Notes: generated by a model not told the origin, from the letters alone. Shown: positions 1-11,004, counted from the first letter of the stretch. The stretch is DNA of 64,000 bases from Bacteroidota bacterium (GCA_016722565.1 JADKIU010000002.1:1030119-1094118); one strand, 5' to 3'. Translations and numbers: made by a program.

Positions 1-612
1 TTTCTCACTTTGCACCATTGTATCTAATCGGTATGAAGTTGTTTCCAAGGAAGTAATGGCCAACTTAATGCTCTCAAAACTTTTCGCAAGATTTTGACGT
101 GCACTTTCATTAAAAACTTGTTGTACAACCACCATTACCGAATCAATAGAAGAAATTAAACCTACTGCTTTTTCTTGCAATGGAGCAATGGTTTTATTTA
201 CTGCGGTTTTTAAATCGTCTTCCTGAGCGGAAACCAATGTATCACCACTTTCGGCATAAGTGATTCCCTTGCCAAGTATTAATTGAACCGCTTTGGAACC
301 TAAGATGTCGGAGCTAACCACCTTTGCAACAGAATTACGAGGAACTTTTACATCATTATCAAGCAACAGGGTAACAATTACGCTTGTAGAAGTATCATTC
401 GCCAAAACAATTTTCCCTACAATCCCAACTTTAAATCCATTAATCATTAAAGGATTTGCCTCTACCAATCCATCAATATTATTGTAGACTGCATAGAATT
501 TGCGCTGAGAAGAAAACAAATCCCTTCCTTTTAGAAAATTAAAGCCATAAATAAAACATCCAATGGCTAAGGTGGTGACAATTCCGACTTTTACTTCTTT
601 TGATAGTTTCAC
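1..612 (-). CDS. mlaD: MlaD/MCE-domain protein (lipid asymmetry ABC system substrate-binding component); 5' part only, the 3' end lies beyond the window start; probable GTG start at 610-612
   Basis: Reverse-strand translation from 612 gives (V/M)KLSKEVKVGIVTTLAIGCFIYGFNFLKG...SVIVTLLLDNDVKVPRNSVAKVVSSDILGSKAVQLILG..., an N-terminal TM helix followed by an MCE fold. Not in the ORF track because it is an edge-truncated ORF. Confidence 0.6.
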   Translation of the reverse strand, partial: MKLSKEVKVGIVTTLAIGCFIYGFNFLKGRDLFSSQRKFYAVYNNIDGLVEANPLMINGFKVGIVGKIVLANDTSTSVIVTLLLDNDVKVPRNSVAKVVSSDILGSKAVQLILGKGITYAESGDTLVSAQEDDLKTAVNKTIAPLQEKAVGLISSIDSVMVVVQQVFNESARQNLAKSFESIKLAITSLETTSYRLDTMVQSEK

Positions 613-657
613 TTTAAGACGTTAACGTTGTTGTGCAAATTTAATGAAATATTGCGA

Positions 658-1906
658 TTATTTAAGCGGAATTCTTTTCCCATCTTGCATTGCTATTACA
701 AATGCATCTTTGAACCCATTTTTTCGCAATAAAGCCTGTAGTTTAGCTGCATCAGCTTGGCTTTTACATTCACCTGAAGTATATTTATAAATCCCTCTAT
801 CGATATATTCTCCAGGCTTTTCCACTCCGGCAAATTTTTCAGAATTTAAGGGAATCGGCTTATCGGATGATGTTATCTGCACTTTATAGACAATTGGTGA
901 ATCAGATGTGTTTTTTGGCACTTCCGGAGTATCTTTTTTAACAACATCCTCTTCTTTGCCATCTGCTTTCACCGAATCCTTCTCCTCCTTCACAATTGGC
1001 GAAAGATTTCTACTAATTTCTTTCAATTCCAAAGAGTCCTCTTTCGTCATTTTATATGCCTCTTGCTTCTCGAAGGAGTCATCGTATTTCCTAGTAACCC
1101 CTTCTATTTCATCTTTATATTCTCTAAAAGCTCTAAATAAACCGGATGCGAGGTAGTCTTGACCTTTTGCCGAGCCCAAAAATTGCTCTTCAGAAGGGTT
1201 GGTCAAAAAACCAATCTCTGTTAATACACTTGGCATGTAGGATTTCCAAAGTACGAGTAGACTTGCACGTTTAACGCCTTTGTCTTTACGACCCACTTTT
1301 TGGCCATATTGTTTTTGCACTTTGGATGCAAAATTTAAACTCTGATCCACATAACTATCATTGAACATACTCATAATAATGTAGGATTCATCTGAATTAG
1401 GGTCAAATCCTTCGTAAGTTTTCACATAATCGTCCTCTAATAAAATGGCCGCATTTTCGCGTTGCGACATCCATCTTCCCTTTTTCATTTTTAATACCCA
1501 TTACGTAGGTTTCCGCACCGTGCGCATCGTTGTTGCAAATGTCTTTTTTTAACTTTTTATCTCTATAACAAGCAGAATTGCAGTGGATACTGATGAATAA
1601 GTCGGCTTTCGCACGATTAGCAATATTTGCTCTTTCTTGAAGGGAAGGGAAAATATCTGTTTTACGGGTATAAACGACCTTTACATCTTTCATGTTTTCT
1701 TCGATGTATTTACCGAATTTAAGAGCGACAGCCAATGCGATATCCTTCTCCTTGTATTTAACACCATGGCACCCTGGATCTTTTCCGCCATGCCCTGCAT
1801 CGATAACAATGGTTTTAACCGCAAATATTGGCTTGAATTTTGAAGAGAACGAGCTCACCAAAAAACAGGCGAAAAACAGAAACGATATAGAAAGTAATTT
1901 TTTCAA
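658..1906 (-). CDS. N-acetylmuramoyl-L-alanine amidase (Amidase_3 catalytic domain + C-terminal SPOR domain), split into two ORFs by a frameshift near 1450-1470
   Basis: The N-terminal ORF (1403..1906) has a signal peptide and IVIDAGHGGKDPG...SIHCNS...GAETYVMG (Amidase_3). The C-terminal ORF (658..1488) continues with SQRENAAILLEDDY...LTNPSEE and ends in a SPOR-like YKVQI...FKDAFVIAMQDGKRIPLK. The junction reads ...KMDVATR | ENAAILLE in two frames, consistent with a 1-base indel. Confidence 0.75.
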
Positions 1907-2032
1907 TGTTTTTTTGTGTAATTAGCAACAATTTAATGTTGGCAAACGGCTATTGTCCTTTGCCAATTGTTTGTTTTTTTACTTAGTTTTGAACCTGATC
2001 AATTGTACTAAAACCAAAATTACTAGTTAAAA

Positions 2033-4558
2033 TTGCGTATTGCTTCGCTAAAATCATTTTTTATCCTCGTTAGTTTGTTAATAACTGCAACGAGCTCGGC
2101 ATTTGTAATGAATGCTTTGCCTGTTGATACCATTGTAAAAACAATCGATACTGTTCCGCAAAAAAAGGAGGGCAAACCCTTTCTTGAGGAAAAAGTAATC
2201 TACAGCGCTACCGATTCTATGCTCATCGACCGAGCTAATCAAAAAGCATACCTTTATAATAATGCGTTAGTAATTTATGATGGATTGAATCTAAAAGCGG
2301 GTTATATTGAGATTGATTTCAAAAACAATGTTGTATATGCCACCACGATGAAAGATAGCGCTGGCAAAGACATTCAGAAGCCGGTATTTGAACAGGGAGC
2401 TGATAAATTTACAGCCGGAAAAATCACCTATAACTTTAATACGAAGAAAGGAAAGATTGTAGATGTGATTACCCAGCAAGGCGAAGGTTACATCCATGGA
2501 CGAGATATAAAGAAAGACACCAACAATGTGTATTATGTAGGGCACGGAAAATATACTACCTGCGATTTGGAGCATCCCCATTTTTATATCGGAGCTAAAA
2601 AAATAAAAGTAATTCCGGATGATAAAATTGTAACAGGTCCGGCTGTACTTTATTTAGCAGACATCCCTACCCCTTTGGCTATTCCTTTTGGATACTTCCC
2701 AAACAAAAAAGGCAGAGCCTCCGGTATATTAATGCCTACCTATGGTGAATCACTCAACTTCGGATTCTTTTTGAAAGACGGAGGATTTTACTTTGGAATG
2801 AACGAATATGTTGATTTGGCGCTGAGAGGCGATGTTTATTCCAATGGTGGTTTCGGAGCAAAAGCAGCAAGCAGTTATAAAAAGCGCTATCGCTATAATG
2901 GAGGATTAAGTATCAATTATTCTCGCATCATTGAGGGCGACAAAGAATTACCAAATTCCATCACTCGCAACGACTTTTTTGTACGATGGAATCATCAGCA
3001 AGATCCAAAATCAAGACCGAACAGTCGTTTTTCCGCCAATGTAAATGCAGGAAGTAGTTCCTATAACAAATACAACGGAAATGTAACAGGCGATTATTTA
3101 TCCAATACTTTTCAATCGAATATTTCGTATTCCAAATCCTTTTCCGGAACACCCTTTAATTTTTCAGCGAATGCACGACACAGTCAAAATACCATTACAA
3201 AAAAGGTTGATGTCAGCTTACCCGAATTGGCTTTAAATATGAATCGTATTTATCCCTTCAAAGGCAAAAATAGTGTAGGTACAAAATGGTATGATAAAAT
3301 TGGTTTGAGTGCAACCGCCAATGCCAGAAACGATATCAATACCTATGATACGTTGTTGTTTACTGACCGTACCTTGCGACAAATGAAAAACGGTGTTCGA
3401 TTTACAATGCCCATCAGCACCTCTTTTAATGTGTTGAAGTATTTCACATTAACACCCACCATTAATACCGCTAGCAATATTTATTTTGAAACCATTCAAA
3501 AAAGATACGACCCGAATATTAATTATGTTTTTACAGATACAATTGTTGGAGCAAAAATGGCAAATGATTTTAGTGTATCCACCGGATTAAGTACTCGTTT
3601 GTATGGCGATTACTTTTTCAGAACCAAACGCCTAAAACAAATACGACACGTTGCTACCCCACATTAAGTGCAAGTTATCGCCCCGACTTTAGTGAAAGCG
3701 GATACGGCTATTATAAAAGTGTGCAAACAGATGCATTAGGAACAGAGCAGAAATATTCTATTTTTCAAAATGGAATTTATGGTTCACCACAAGCTGGAAA
3801 ATCAGGATTAATCGGATTTAATTTAAACAATTCCATTGAAGCCAAAATCCGACAGCATACGGATTCGGGGAACGTAGATAAAAAAATAAGTCTATTGGAA
3901 AGTTTCAACATTGGCATGTCGTACAACTTAGCTGCAGAAAATTTCAATTGGTCATCCATCAATATCAATGGGCGTACACGGTTGTTTAATCGTTTGGACA
4001 TAAACGCAACAGCATTAATTGATCCGTATCAGATTGATTCAATAGGAAACAGAATTGAAAGTTTGAATACAAGAACAATGAAAATCGGTAGAATTACCAA
4101 TTCCAACGTTTCTTTGAGCAAATTTTAGAAGCAAAGATGGTGATGCAAACAAACCCAAAACCAGCACAGTGGGAACACAAGACGAATTAGATTTTATTAA
4201 TGCGCACCGCGATGCCTATGTCGACTTTAATGTACCATGGAATTTGAATGTGTATTACAATATCAATTATAGCAAACCCGGCATTACTGAAACGGTTTCA
4301 CAATCGGTGACTTTTAACGGTGATTTAAGTTTAACAAAAAAATGGAAAATCAGTTTATCCTCCGGTTATGATTTTACACAAAGAAAAATGACGTTAACCT
4401 CCGTAAATGTTTACCGAGATTTACATTGCTGGGAAATGCGTTTTAATTGGGTACCTTTCGGTTTCCGTCAAAGTTTTTCCATCGATATCAATGTCAAATC
4501 TTCTGTGTTGAGAGATTTGAAATTAAGTAGAAGAAGAGGCTGGCAGGATTATCAATAA
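2033..4558 (+). CDS. lptD: LptD/OstA-like outer-membrane LPS-assembly protein (Bacteroidetes type), read across two homopolymer frameshifts (about 3657-3660 C4; about 4123-4126 T4)
   Basis: Signal peptide plus an OstA-like N-terminal domain (KAYLYNNALVIYDGLNLKAGYIEIDFKNNVVYA). Three consecutive ORFs (2033..3667, 3721..4128, 4169..4558) read through once one C is added to CCCC at 3657-3660 (...VATPTLSASYRPDF...) and one T is removed from TTTT at 4123-4126 (...SLSKFRSKDGDANKP...). The C-terminal beta-barrel region ends ...RRRGWQDYQ. Confidence 0.65.
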
Positions 4559-4606
4559 GTAACTAGGTGACTAAGTGACTAGGTGACTAGGTGACTAGGT
4601 GACTAT
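4559..4606. repeat. Tandem octanucleotide repeat (GTGACTAG-like) x6, in the promoter region upstream of ridA
   Basis: Units read gtaactag gtgactaa gtgactag gtgactag gtgactag gtgactat. A related array lies at 61610-61657 and an inverted partial array at 61726-61749. Confidence 0.9.
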
Positions 4607-4650
4607 GGAATTAAGGAGTAAATTTATAGATTCTTAAAAATAATAATACC

Positions 4651-5028
4651 ATGAAAAAAATTATTACATCAAAAAATGCACCGGCACCAATTGGGCCATA
4701 TAGTCATGCGGTACAATTCGGCAATATGTTATTCGTGAGCGGACAAGTAGGAAAACATCCAGTAACTGGAGAGTTGATGCTTGCGGATATTAAAACAGAA
4801 ACCACACAAGTAATGGAAAACGTAAAAGGCATTTTAACCGATGCCGGAATGGATTTTACCAATATTGTGAAAACGACCATCTTTTTAACGGACATGAACA
4901 ATTTTGCTTCAGTAAATGAAGTATACGGTTCTTATTTCAAGGGTGATTATCCTGCGAGAGAAACGGTGCAAGTATCGAAACTTCCGTTGAATGTAAATGT
5001 AGAAATTAGTGTAACAGCGATTAAGTAA
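4651..5028 (+). CDS. ridA: RidA/YjgF/L-PSP family reactive-intermediate deaminase
   Basis: 125 aa; GPYSHAV...LFVSGQ...ETVQV... is a full-length match to the RidA family. Confidence 0.85.
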   Translation: MKKIITSKNAPAPIGPYSHAVQFGNMLFVSGQVGKHPVTGELMLADIKTETTQVMENVKGILTDAGMDFTNIVKTTIFLTDMNNFASVNEVYGSYFKGDYPARETVQVSKLPLNVNVEISVTAIK

Positions 5029-5051
5029 TCGAAAACAGATTTGACAAATAA

Positions 5052-5095
5052 ATAACCCTCTTTGCGTTTTGGAAAGAGGGTTATTTTATTTTTTA
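5052..5095. terminator. Bidirectional rho-independent terminator between ridA (+) and the 5093..5521 (-) gene
   Basis: Hairpin aaccctcttt-gcgttttgg-aaagagggtt followed by a T-run, with an A-run in front of it. Confidence 0.7.
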
Positions 5096-5521
5096 TATTT
5101 TCGTTTGCTGCAATTGCGTTTTATAGCCTGCAATTTTAACCCAATAAATAATCCAGCAGACCAAACCACCTAAAGCGGCCAATCCTCCAAGAAAAGGGAT
5201 AATACTGCAACAATAAAGAATACAATAGGTAAGTCCGATACTATAACCGGGACGATCTTCCGTTTGTTGAATCCCTCTTGAAATAAATTCGGCTTTTAAA
5301 GAATCTGCAATTCGATTTACAACAATAAACGACCATACCAAACCAAACAGCGGTATTAATATCAACCAAACTTGACCGGGAGGTAATTTTTGATTTTGCG
5401 GACTCACTTCATTCAACGTTTTTTGCAACGTCAACAAGTAAAAAATTTGAGGGATTAATCCAATTGCAATTCCTACAATAACCAAAAGAATTATAAGGCT
5501 CACTGTTGCTGCTTCATCCAT
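5093..5521 (-). CDS. Hypothetical multi-pass membrane protein
   Basis: 142 aa with about four hydrophobic helices. No recognisable catalytic motif. Confidence 0.45.
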   Translation of the reverse strand: MDEAATVSLIILLVIVGIAIGLIPQIFYLLTLQKTLNEVSPQNQKLPPGQVWLILIPLFGLVWSFIVVNRIADSLKAEFISRGIQQTEDRPGYSIGLTYCILYCCSIIPFLGGLAALGGLVCWIIYWVKIAGYKTQLQQTKI

Positions 5522-5556
5522 GATAAATTGATTTATAAAAATTAATACTTAATGAA

Positions 5557-6027
5557 CTACGACATGTGTTTTAAATTGATGGCATACATCACGATAAAAG
5601 CAATTGGAATAGCGGCTCCCAAGAGCATAAAACCACTAAATCCCATTAATATTCCGGGGATTGCAATTCCCAAAATTTGTCCACATACATAGGCATAAAA
5701 ACCAACTTTACGCAATTTCCACATCATTAATGCACCAAAAAGGCAGAATAGATTTGAACCAATAGCAGTTAAAGCAAGTGGAAGTGCATTCAATGCATTT
5801 TGATGCCCCATTTCCATAAGCGAACCCAGAAAACCTTCTGTTGGTAGATTCCCACCCGACATTTCCATCATCGTTTCGTATTCTTCCAAGGCATAAGGTG
5901 CTTTTATTAGGCTATACAACCCACTTACAAGGCCCAATCCTACAGCAATAAATGTTAAAATACAAAGTACTTTTAAAAACTGAGGCAACTTTGCGGGCAC
6001 CATATTCTCATTATTTATATCTTCCAT
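5557..6027 (-). CDS. Small 4-TM membrane protein, paralog 1 of a tandem triplet
   Basis: Shares P..L..LCIL(T/S)FIA.G and MWKL(R/Q)K.GF.Y motifs with 6116..6580 and 6793..7236. Confidence 0.55.
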   Translation of the reverse strand: MEDINNENMVPAKLPQFLKVLCILTFIAVGLGLVSGLYSLIKAPYALEEYETMMEMSGGNLPTEGFLGSLMEMGHQNALNALPLALTAIGSNLFCLFGALMMWKLRKVGFYAYVCGQILGIAIPGILMGFSGFMLLGAAIPIAFIVMYAINLKHMS

Positions 6028-6061
6028 AATAGTTGTTTTTGATACTGGTTACAAACGTAGT

Positions 6062-6100
6062 AAAATAAAAAACACTCCCGATTAGAGGAGTGTTTTTATT
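6062..6100. terminator. Rho-independent terminator (bidirectional) downstream of the 6116..6580 gene
   Basis: Hairpin acactcc-cgattag-aggagtgt flanked by an A-run and a T5 run. Confidence 0.6.
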
Positions 6101-6115
6101 AAAAAGTCGTATTGA

Positions 6116-6580
6116 CTATTTCATTGCTTTTGTATTCAAGAAATACATTACGATGAATGCCGCAGAAATAACGATACCCATGATAGATGCAGCGAAACCT
6201 GAATAAACGATTCCCATAATTAAAGAAACTACAGTTGCTCCAGTATATAACATGAAGCCAGATTTTTGCAATTTCCACATTTTGATAACTCCGAAAAGAG
6301 CAACAATTGTAGTTAAGAAACCAACAATAATATAAGCCCAAGTTAAACCAACTCCAGGAGTTGCTGCCATAGCTGTATTCATTGCTTCACTCATTTCAGA
6401 TGACATTTCAGATGACATACCTTCCATTCCAGAAGAAACAGCGGTAGCTGCACCCATTAATCCAATAACTGCAATGTATCCAAGGATTGCGAAACCCGCT
6501 GCGATAAAAGATAAGATACACAATACTGTTAAAAATACTGGTCTTTTTGCGGCTTCACCGCCATTGTTTGTTTGTTCCAT
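6116..6580 (-). CDS. Small 4-TM membrane protein, paralog 2 (contains a low-complexity SSEMSSEMSE insert)
   Basis: The same conserved N-terminal helix and MWKLQKSGF motif as its two neighbours. Confidence 0.55.
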   Translation of the reverse strand: MEQTNNGGEAAKRPVFLTVLCILSFIAAGFAILGYIAVIGLMGAATAVSSGMEGMSSEMSSEMSEAMNTAMAATPGVGLTWAYIIVGFLTTIVALFGVIKMWKLQKSGFMLYTGATVVSLIMGIVYSGFAASIMGIVISAAFIVMYFLNTKAMK

Positions 6581-6792
6581 AGTTTTTTGTTTTTAGTTTT
6601 TATTTAGTTTATAGTTGAAATTCTTTAGCTAATAAAAAAAAAGGCCGTTCATCCAAAAGTCGGGTTCAATATGTTATTAACAAGTTATTAGTTAATACAT
6701 GACAACAATCATAAAAAGTCATCATTTCTAACTGATTATCAAACAATTTGACAATTAATTTAACACATCAATCAAGGAGAAAAAAAGCTGCA

Positions 6793-7236
6793 TTATTTCA
6801 TAAATTTTAAATAGAATGCATAAAAACTGATGAATGCAAGTGAAAAAAAGATTGCATACCAGCTGATGGTGATGTCCAAAAATAACTTCGGAACAAACAT
6901 AATCATCAAATTAGAAAAAGCATAAAAGTGAAAACCGAGCTTTTTTAAATTCCACATAAGTATTGCTCCGGTTAAAGAAACGAACGTAAAAAACAACGTA
7001 GTTAAATAATACCCCCAACCGGCTTCAATAACACGTAAACTTTCTCTCATTGCCTCTTCGTCATAGCCCGGAGATGACAGCATGAATTCTTTCATCGTTT
7101 CCGCAGTAAGAGGAGTGATAATACTCGACAAGATTCCTAAACCGGTAAAAATAAAGGTAAGGATACATAAAATTGTTAACGAGCGGGGACGTTTTATTTC
7201 TTCATTATTAGGGGTTTGCTCTTCCATAGTGTCCAT
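6793..7236 (-). CDS. Small 4-TM membrane protein, paralog 3
   Basis: Carries RSLTILCILTFIFTGLGIL and MWNLKKLGFHFY, the same family as 5557..6027 and 6116..6580. Confidence 0.55.
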   Translation of the reverse strand: MDTMEEQTPNNEEIKRPRSLTILCILTFIFTGLGILSSIITPLTAETMKEFMLSSPGYDEEAMRESLRVIEAGWGYYLTTLFFTFVSLTGAILMWNLKKLGFHFYAFSNLMIMFVPKLFLDITISWYAIFFSLAFISFYAFYLKFMK

Positions 7237-7241
7237 ATCGA

Positions 7242-8992
7242 TTAATATTTATTGGCACTCCACAATTCAAAATTCTTTTTTTGCTCTTCACTCACGCCAT
7301 TCGCTTTGCGCATCTTCATCGTTTTGTAAAACGATTTCGGTTGAGGAACTAATTCAGCTGTCTTTACAATTCCATTCGTTGCAAAAACAATTTTTTCGGT
7401 TGCATTACCAAAGTAATTGCACCACTCTGTAAAGTTGGTTCCACTTCCATCGGGTTTTATCTGAACATCGTTAATTGAAATCAAATCATCATTGAGTGCA
7501 ATCCCAGCTTTATCAGCAACCGAATCCATGTAAACTGCAGTCACTTTACAAATACCAGCTACCTCATTTACCTTTATTCCCAAAGCATGTTCATTGAATT
7601 TCGAATTGGGTTCTTGTTGTAATTCACAACCAATATAATTCATCGCCTCTTTTAGCAATGGTTCATAATCGTTTTTACCATTGATATAATTAGTATAAAT
7701 TACATCGTAGGACTGGCCAGCAAACTGCTCTACAGCCATTTTATAGTCGACATCCGAATACCCTTTCCCTTTCAAAGCAAACTGTTCATTCAAATGGCGC
7801 ATCACATCATCCAACGAATGTTTGTTTTGAGAATTTTTACGAATAAACATATCGGTAACAAAGGCCAATAAATTTCCTTCATCATAAATATTCGTTTTAC
7901 GGTTTGGAATTCCCGGAGCATATCCATCTAACCATGTATCAAAGGAGGAGTCGGCAACCGACAAATTAAATCGTCCGAAATTATCGAAATGTTTTTGCAA
8001 ACGCTCATCAAAGGTTTTAAAATATTGCTGTTCGGTAAATACCCCGATCGGAAAAGTAAATAATCACCATAATAGGTCGTTACGCCTTCACAAACATATC
8101 CCAATTTGGAATAATTTTCTTTTGTGTAGTCATAGGGCTGCATCTCAATCGGGCGAATGGTTTTAATGTTCCAGGCATGGAATAACTCATGAGAACAAAC
8201 ACCCAATACATCTTCATACAAATCGCCTTTCATCAAATTGTATCCCGGACCGAGTGCTAAAACGGTGGATGTGGTATGTTCCACTCCATGGTAAGTGCGA
8301 TAAGGTGTTATCTGAAATAAAAAATGATAGGCATCAAAGGGAGCCTGCTTCATCATTTCCAACTGATGATTGCAAAATTTAATAAAATCGGTATTTAGCT
8401 TTGCCCAATCGGGTTTGCATTCTCCCTGAAACCAAAGATTAAATTCTTTCCCCGCACATACAAACTGATTGTGCTGTAAAGATGGAGAAGCGATAAACGG
8501 AGAATCGGCCAGTTCATGATAATCTTTTGCAACAAAGCATTTCACTCCTTTATCATTTGAAGGAGATGATGAAAGCCCGCATGCTACTTTGTAATCGGCA
8601 GGAAGATTTATTTCCAAATAACATTTTTCATTGGTTTTTTCAGGAATAAAAACACAGCAATTTACCGGATTCATGTATAGTTGTGTTGCATCCAAAAAGG
8701 TAGATCCGGCATTTAAATCCAATGCATAATAATTGTATTTCACATGCAATTCGGATATGCCTTTGGTATCTACTTTCCAACAATCTTTTGTAATTTTTCG
8801 GAAGTTTAATGAATTTCCTTTTTCATCAAAAGCAGCCCACTTTTGTACATTTTTTGCAAAATTCCCTAATTCATATCTTCCTGGACGCCATGCCGGTAGT
8901 TGAATAAGTGTTTCGGGTTGACTTACTTCACTGATGAACTCAATATCAATAAAGTGTTGATGTGGCTTGGTGTAGGATACGCTATATTTCAT
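7242..8992 (-). CDS. Peptidase M61 (glycyl aminopeptidase family) with C-terminal PDZ domain, split by a frameshift at C4 run 8042-8045
   Basis: HEXXH zinc motif in ...GVCSHELFHAWNIK. ORF 7928..8992 ends ...YLLFRSG and ORF 7242..8000 continues ...FTEQQYFKTFDERLQKHFDNFGRFNLSVADSSFDTWLDGY. Adding one G (plus-strand C at 8042-8045) joins them in frame. Confidence 0.75.
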
Positions 8993-9163
8993 AATTACGG
9001 ATAAAAATCGACTGAATTTAAAACGAAATTACTAATTACAAGCGATAAAATAGAAGGATTCGTAAATTCGTAAAGATTCGTTATCTGTACCAGTTTTTTT
9101 GTTACTTTCGTATCTTAAGTATCTTTAAAAATTCAATAATTCTAATTTATAATCTCAAAGCTT

Positions 9164-10549
9164 ATGAGTTACGATTTAATAGTAGTAGGAAGCGGTCCCG
9201 GTGGTTATGTGGCTGCAATCAGAGCATCACAATTAGGCTTAAAAACAGCCATCATTGAACGCGAAAACCTAGGAGGTATTTGTTTAAATTGGGGATGTAT
9301 CCCAACCAAAGCCTTATTAAAAAGTGCACAGGTATTTGAATATTTAAATCATGCTTCAGACTACGGAATTACTGTAAAAGGCGGAGAAGCCGATTTCCCT
9401 GCGGTTGTAAAACGCAGTAGAGATGTGGCTGACGGAATGAGCAAAGGTGTTCAATTTTTGATGAAAAAGAATAAAATTGATGTCATTACCGGAACTGGAA
9501 AAATCAAAGCAGGTAAAAAAGTAGATGTAACTGCCGATGGTAAAACGACTACTTATGAAGCAAAACATATTATTATAGCAACGGGTGCACGTTCACGCGT
9601 ATTGCCAAACCTTCCGCAAGATGGTAAAAAAATTATTGGATACCGTGAGGCATTAACGTTACCGAAAATGCCAAAATCAATGGTTGTTGTTGGTTCAGGT
9701 GCAATTGGAAGTGAGTTTGCATACTTTTATGCGACCATGGGAACGAAAGTTACCTTGGTAGAATTCCTGCCAAGCATTGTTCCTGTTGAAGACGCAGAAG
9801 TGTCGAAACAATTGGAGCGTTCATTCAAAAAAATGGGGATTGATGTGATGACGGAAGCAAATGTGGAAAGTGTGGATACAAAAGGAGGAGATTGCAAAGT
9901 AAAAATCAAAACAAAAGCTGGCGAAAAAATTGTTGAAGCAGAAATCGTTTTATCTGCCGTAGGAATTCAAGCAAACATTGAAAACTTAGGTTTAGAAGAA
10001 ACTGGAATTGCAACCGACAAAGGAAAAATTTTAACAAATCCGTTTTACCAAACAAACATCCCCGGATATTATGCCATTGGTGATTGTGTTGGCGGACAAG
10101 CCTTGGCACATGTTGCATCAGCAGAAGGAATTATTTGTGTAGAAAAAATTGCTGGACACCATCCAGAACCATTAGATTATAATAACATTCCGGGATGTAC
10201 CTATTGCCAACCAGAAATTGCATCAGTAGGTATGACCGAAGCAAAAGCAAAAGAAGCAGGCAAAGAAATTAAGATTGGTAAATTCCCATTTTCTGCTAGC
10301 GGTAAAGCAAGTGCTGCCGGTGCAAAAGATGGATTTGTGAAGTTAATTTTTGATGCAAAATATGGTGAATTATTAGGAGCGCATATGATTGGTGCGAATG
10401 TTACCGAAATGATTGCTGAAATTGTAGCAATCCGTAAATTGGAAACAACCGGTCATGAATTAATCAAAACGGTTCACCCGCATCCAACCATGAGTGAAGC
10501 CATTATGGAAGCCGCTGCTGCTGCTTATGGTGAAGTGATTCACATGTAA
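9164..10549 (+). CDS. lpdA: Dihydrolipoyl dehydrogenase (E3 component)
   Basis: GSGPGGYVAAIRA FAD-binding motif, redox-active CLNWGCIPTK disulfide, full-length 461 aa and C-terminal HPHPTMSE. Confidence 0.95.
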   Translation: MSYDLIVVGSGPGGYVAAIRASQLGLKTAIIERENLGGICLNWGCIPTKALLKSAQVFEYLNHASDYGITVKGGEADFPAVVKRSRDVADGMSKGVQFLMKKNKIDVITGTGKIKAGKKVDVTADGKTTTYEAKHIIIATGARSRVLPNLPQDGKKIIGYREALTLPKMPKSMVVVGSGAIGSEFAYFYATMGTKVTLVEFLPSIVPVEDAEVSKQLERSFKKMGIDVMTEANVESVDTKGGDCKVKIKTKAGEKIVEAEIVLSAVGIQANIENLGLEETGIATDKGKILTNPFYQTNIPGYYAIGDCVGGQALAHVASAEGIICVEKIAGHHPEPLDYNNIPGCTYCQPEIASVGMTEAKAKEAGKEIKIGKFPFSASGKASAAGAKDGFVKLIFDAKYGELLGAHMIGANVTEMIAEIVAIRKLETTGHELIKTVHPHPTMSEAIMEAAAAAYGEVIHM

Positions 10550-10570
10550 GTTCACGATAAAAAATCAAAT

Positions 10571-10606
10571 AAAAAGCTCGACAAAATGTCGGGCTTTTTT
10601 TATTTT
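10571..10606. terminator. Bidirectional rho-independent terminator between the convergent lpdA and 10600..11004 genes
   Basis: Hairpin agctcgaca-aaa-tgtcgggct followed by T7. Confidence 0.7.
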
Positions 10607-11004
10607 AGATCTGCTATTCTTTTTTGCTCTCGCAACCATTCCAATGCGGCAGGGGCATCCGAAAACAAACGCGTTTTTGCAATCGGTTTATGAAATTTTA
10701 TGATGAAGTTCCCTACCAGTTTGTTCGCGATCGAATTGACAAGCACCGCTTGTGCCAACATATTTTTTTGCGCCTCAGGAGTTGAGCCCCATTCGCGAGC
10801 TTCTTTTGAAACTTCAATATTTACACGTGCGTCAATCATTGCAACAAATGGCTTTCCTTGAGTAAGCGACCACGACATTTGCTGCATATTCTTTGATTCC
10901 ACAAGATCAATTTCTGTATTTTCAAACAACGTAATATGAATGATTCCATCTTCGATCATTGTAAAAGATGCACATTTTGTTGTTTTTGTTGAAAATTCAG
11001 CCAT
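10600..11004 (-). CDS. Hypothetical protein, paralog pair with 11100..11477 (possible SpoIIAA/STAS-like fold)
   Basis: Shared C-terminal motif S(I/L)ANKLVGNF(I/F)IK.HKP...TR.FS....A..WL with its paralog. Confidence 0.45.
   Translation of the reverse strand: MAEFSTKTTKCASFTMIEDGIIHITLFENTEIDLVESKNMQQMSWSLTQGKPFVAMIDARVNIEVSKEAREWGSTPEAQKNMLAQAVLVNSIANKLVGNFIIKFHKPIAKTRLFSDAPAALEWLREQKRIADLK

Noticed and set aside
293-487. 64-aa plus-strand ORF at the window start
   Set aside because: It lies antisense inside the well-supported minus-strand mlaD coding region, and its composition is not protein-like.
2033-4558. Three separate ORFs (544, 135 and 129 aa) as independent genes
   Set aside because: The three translations are collinear with a single LptD-family protein, and single-base corrections in C4 and T4 runs restore one frame.
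4559-4606. Possible CRISPR array
   Set aside because: The units are 8 bp with no intervening unique spacers, and there are no cas genes. It is a simple tandem repeat.
7082-7432. 116-aa plus-strand ORF
   Set aside because: It overlaps, antisense, the 3' end of the paralog-3 membrane gene and the M61 peptidase C-terminus. No motif support.
8993-9163. Scanned intergenic regions over 100 bp (8993-9163, 25192-25327, 48834-49005, 58526-58775, 58938-59191) for tRNA or other structured RNA genes
   Set aside because: All are AT-rich, with no cloverleaf-compatible conserved elements (no GTTC-type T-loop with a matching acceptor stem) discernible.
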